Positions 26,879 through 27,300 of a stretch of 27,300 nt of DNA are shown piece by piece; position 1 is the stretch's first letter; each line of letters begins with the position of its first letter. Below the pieces are notes generated by a model, which searched no databases, was not told where the DNA came from, and saw nothing but the letters and a program-made list of their open reading frames with translations. Source of the DNA: a virus. Taxonomy: Duplodnaviria; Caudoviricetes. The DNA is taken from positions 1 through 27,300 of IMG/VR virus record IMGVR_UViG_3300037424_000823; one strand, 5' to 3'. Position numbers and translations under genes: made by a program.

Positions 26879-26975
26879 GCTACTAACACAGTGTATAGCA
26901 AATAAGCCATTAAAGTTTGTACTAAATTGATAGTTTTGTGCGTGGCTTACTTGCCATACACTCAACGTTAGCCAC
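26879..26975 (+). repeat. attC-like site 6
   Basis: GCTACTAAC-AC-AGTGTATAGCAAATAAGCCA / TGGCTTACTTGCCATACACT-CAAC-GTTAGCCAC (two mismatches). Confidence 0.85.
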
Positions 26976-26979
26976 CATA

Positions 26980-27165
26980 TTAAGAAGCCTTCGAGCGTTT
27001 CTTTAGGTGTTGATTAATCCAAAAAGCAAACAACCCAGAAATATTTTGATTACCGAGTAGTTCTTTGCTTTTTCGATTGTATAATCGGATAGCTTTTCAA
27101 CTGCAATTCGTTTTTCAACCCAATTTTTTGCACTTACTTTTAGATTTTTGTTTAGTCTTGTTCAT
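26980..27165 (-). pseudogene. Possible frameshifted small gene in cassette 7
   Basis: An RHH-sized protein (M-TRLNKNLKVSAKNWVEK...IEKAK-ELLGNQNISGLF...KAS*) can be read only by allowing two single-base frameshifts. Confidence 0.25.
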
Positions 27166-27300
27166 TTTTTTTAATAAAGTTTAATAAAATGTTTCAAAAT
27201 AAGTCCTTTCAAAAACTTCATCAAAAAGACTATATTTTTTAGTCATCTTATTTCTGAACATTATTGCACTAGAATAATCAAAAAACAAATGAACTTTTTT

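Larger units (their letters stand above)
23411..27300. mobile_element. Integron-like gene cassette array (six complete units plus a partial seventh); no integrase in the window
   Basis: Six attC-like palindromes; each unit's left GTTnnnnn end is the reverse complement of its right nnnnnAAC end. Confidence 0.8.

Noticed and set aside
26797-26910. 38-aa N-terminal extension of ThyX given in the ORF track
   Set aside because: It runs through site 6 and the repeat-containing margin. ThyX-like sequence begins at MKIIKQ (26796), which is the more plausible start.
23783-26975. CRISPR array or simple terminators/REP elements as the explanation for the repeated palindromes
   Set aside because: The repeats are not identical, the intervening DNA is hundreds of bp and gene-containing, loops are long, and T-tracts are absent. 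None of these alternatives explains the cross-unit end complementarity.
1-27300. Integrase/recombinase, tRNA genes or stop-codon reassignment
   Set aside because: No tyrosine or serine recombinase motifs or tRNA-like sequences were recognised. Genes are full length and tightly packed under the standard bacterial code.

Overview
AT-rich segment of a tailed dsDNA phage or prophage, probably siphovirus-like. A Bacteroidota host is inferred from TAnnTTTG promoter motifs and Gln-at-+1 signal peptides. Nearly all credible genes are on the minus strand. Read right to left, they are: an accessory region, small and large terminase, portal, prohead protease, major capsid, head-tail proteins, major tail, tape measure, tail-tip and fibre proteins, a 43-aa-repeat protein, a lysis module (holin candidates, CHAP endolysin, probable unimolecular spanin) and a nucleotidyltransferase-like gene. 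The most notable structure is at about 23411-27300. Six imperfect palindromes of about 100-140 bp (xxxxAAC...stem/loop...GTTxxxx, attC-like) separate small gene units. Each unit's two ends are reverse complements of each other, while the two ends of any single palindrome are not. This is the footprint expected of an integron-like, shuffled gene-cassette array inside a phage genome. Cargo includes an ASCH-like protein, an RHH-like two-gene unit, hypotheticals and thyX plus DUF3310. No integrase gene is visible in the window. All functional calls come from motif recognition and gene order; no database searches were run.
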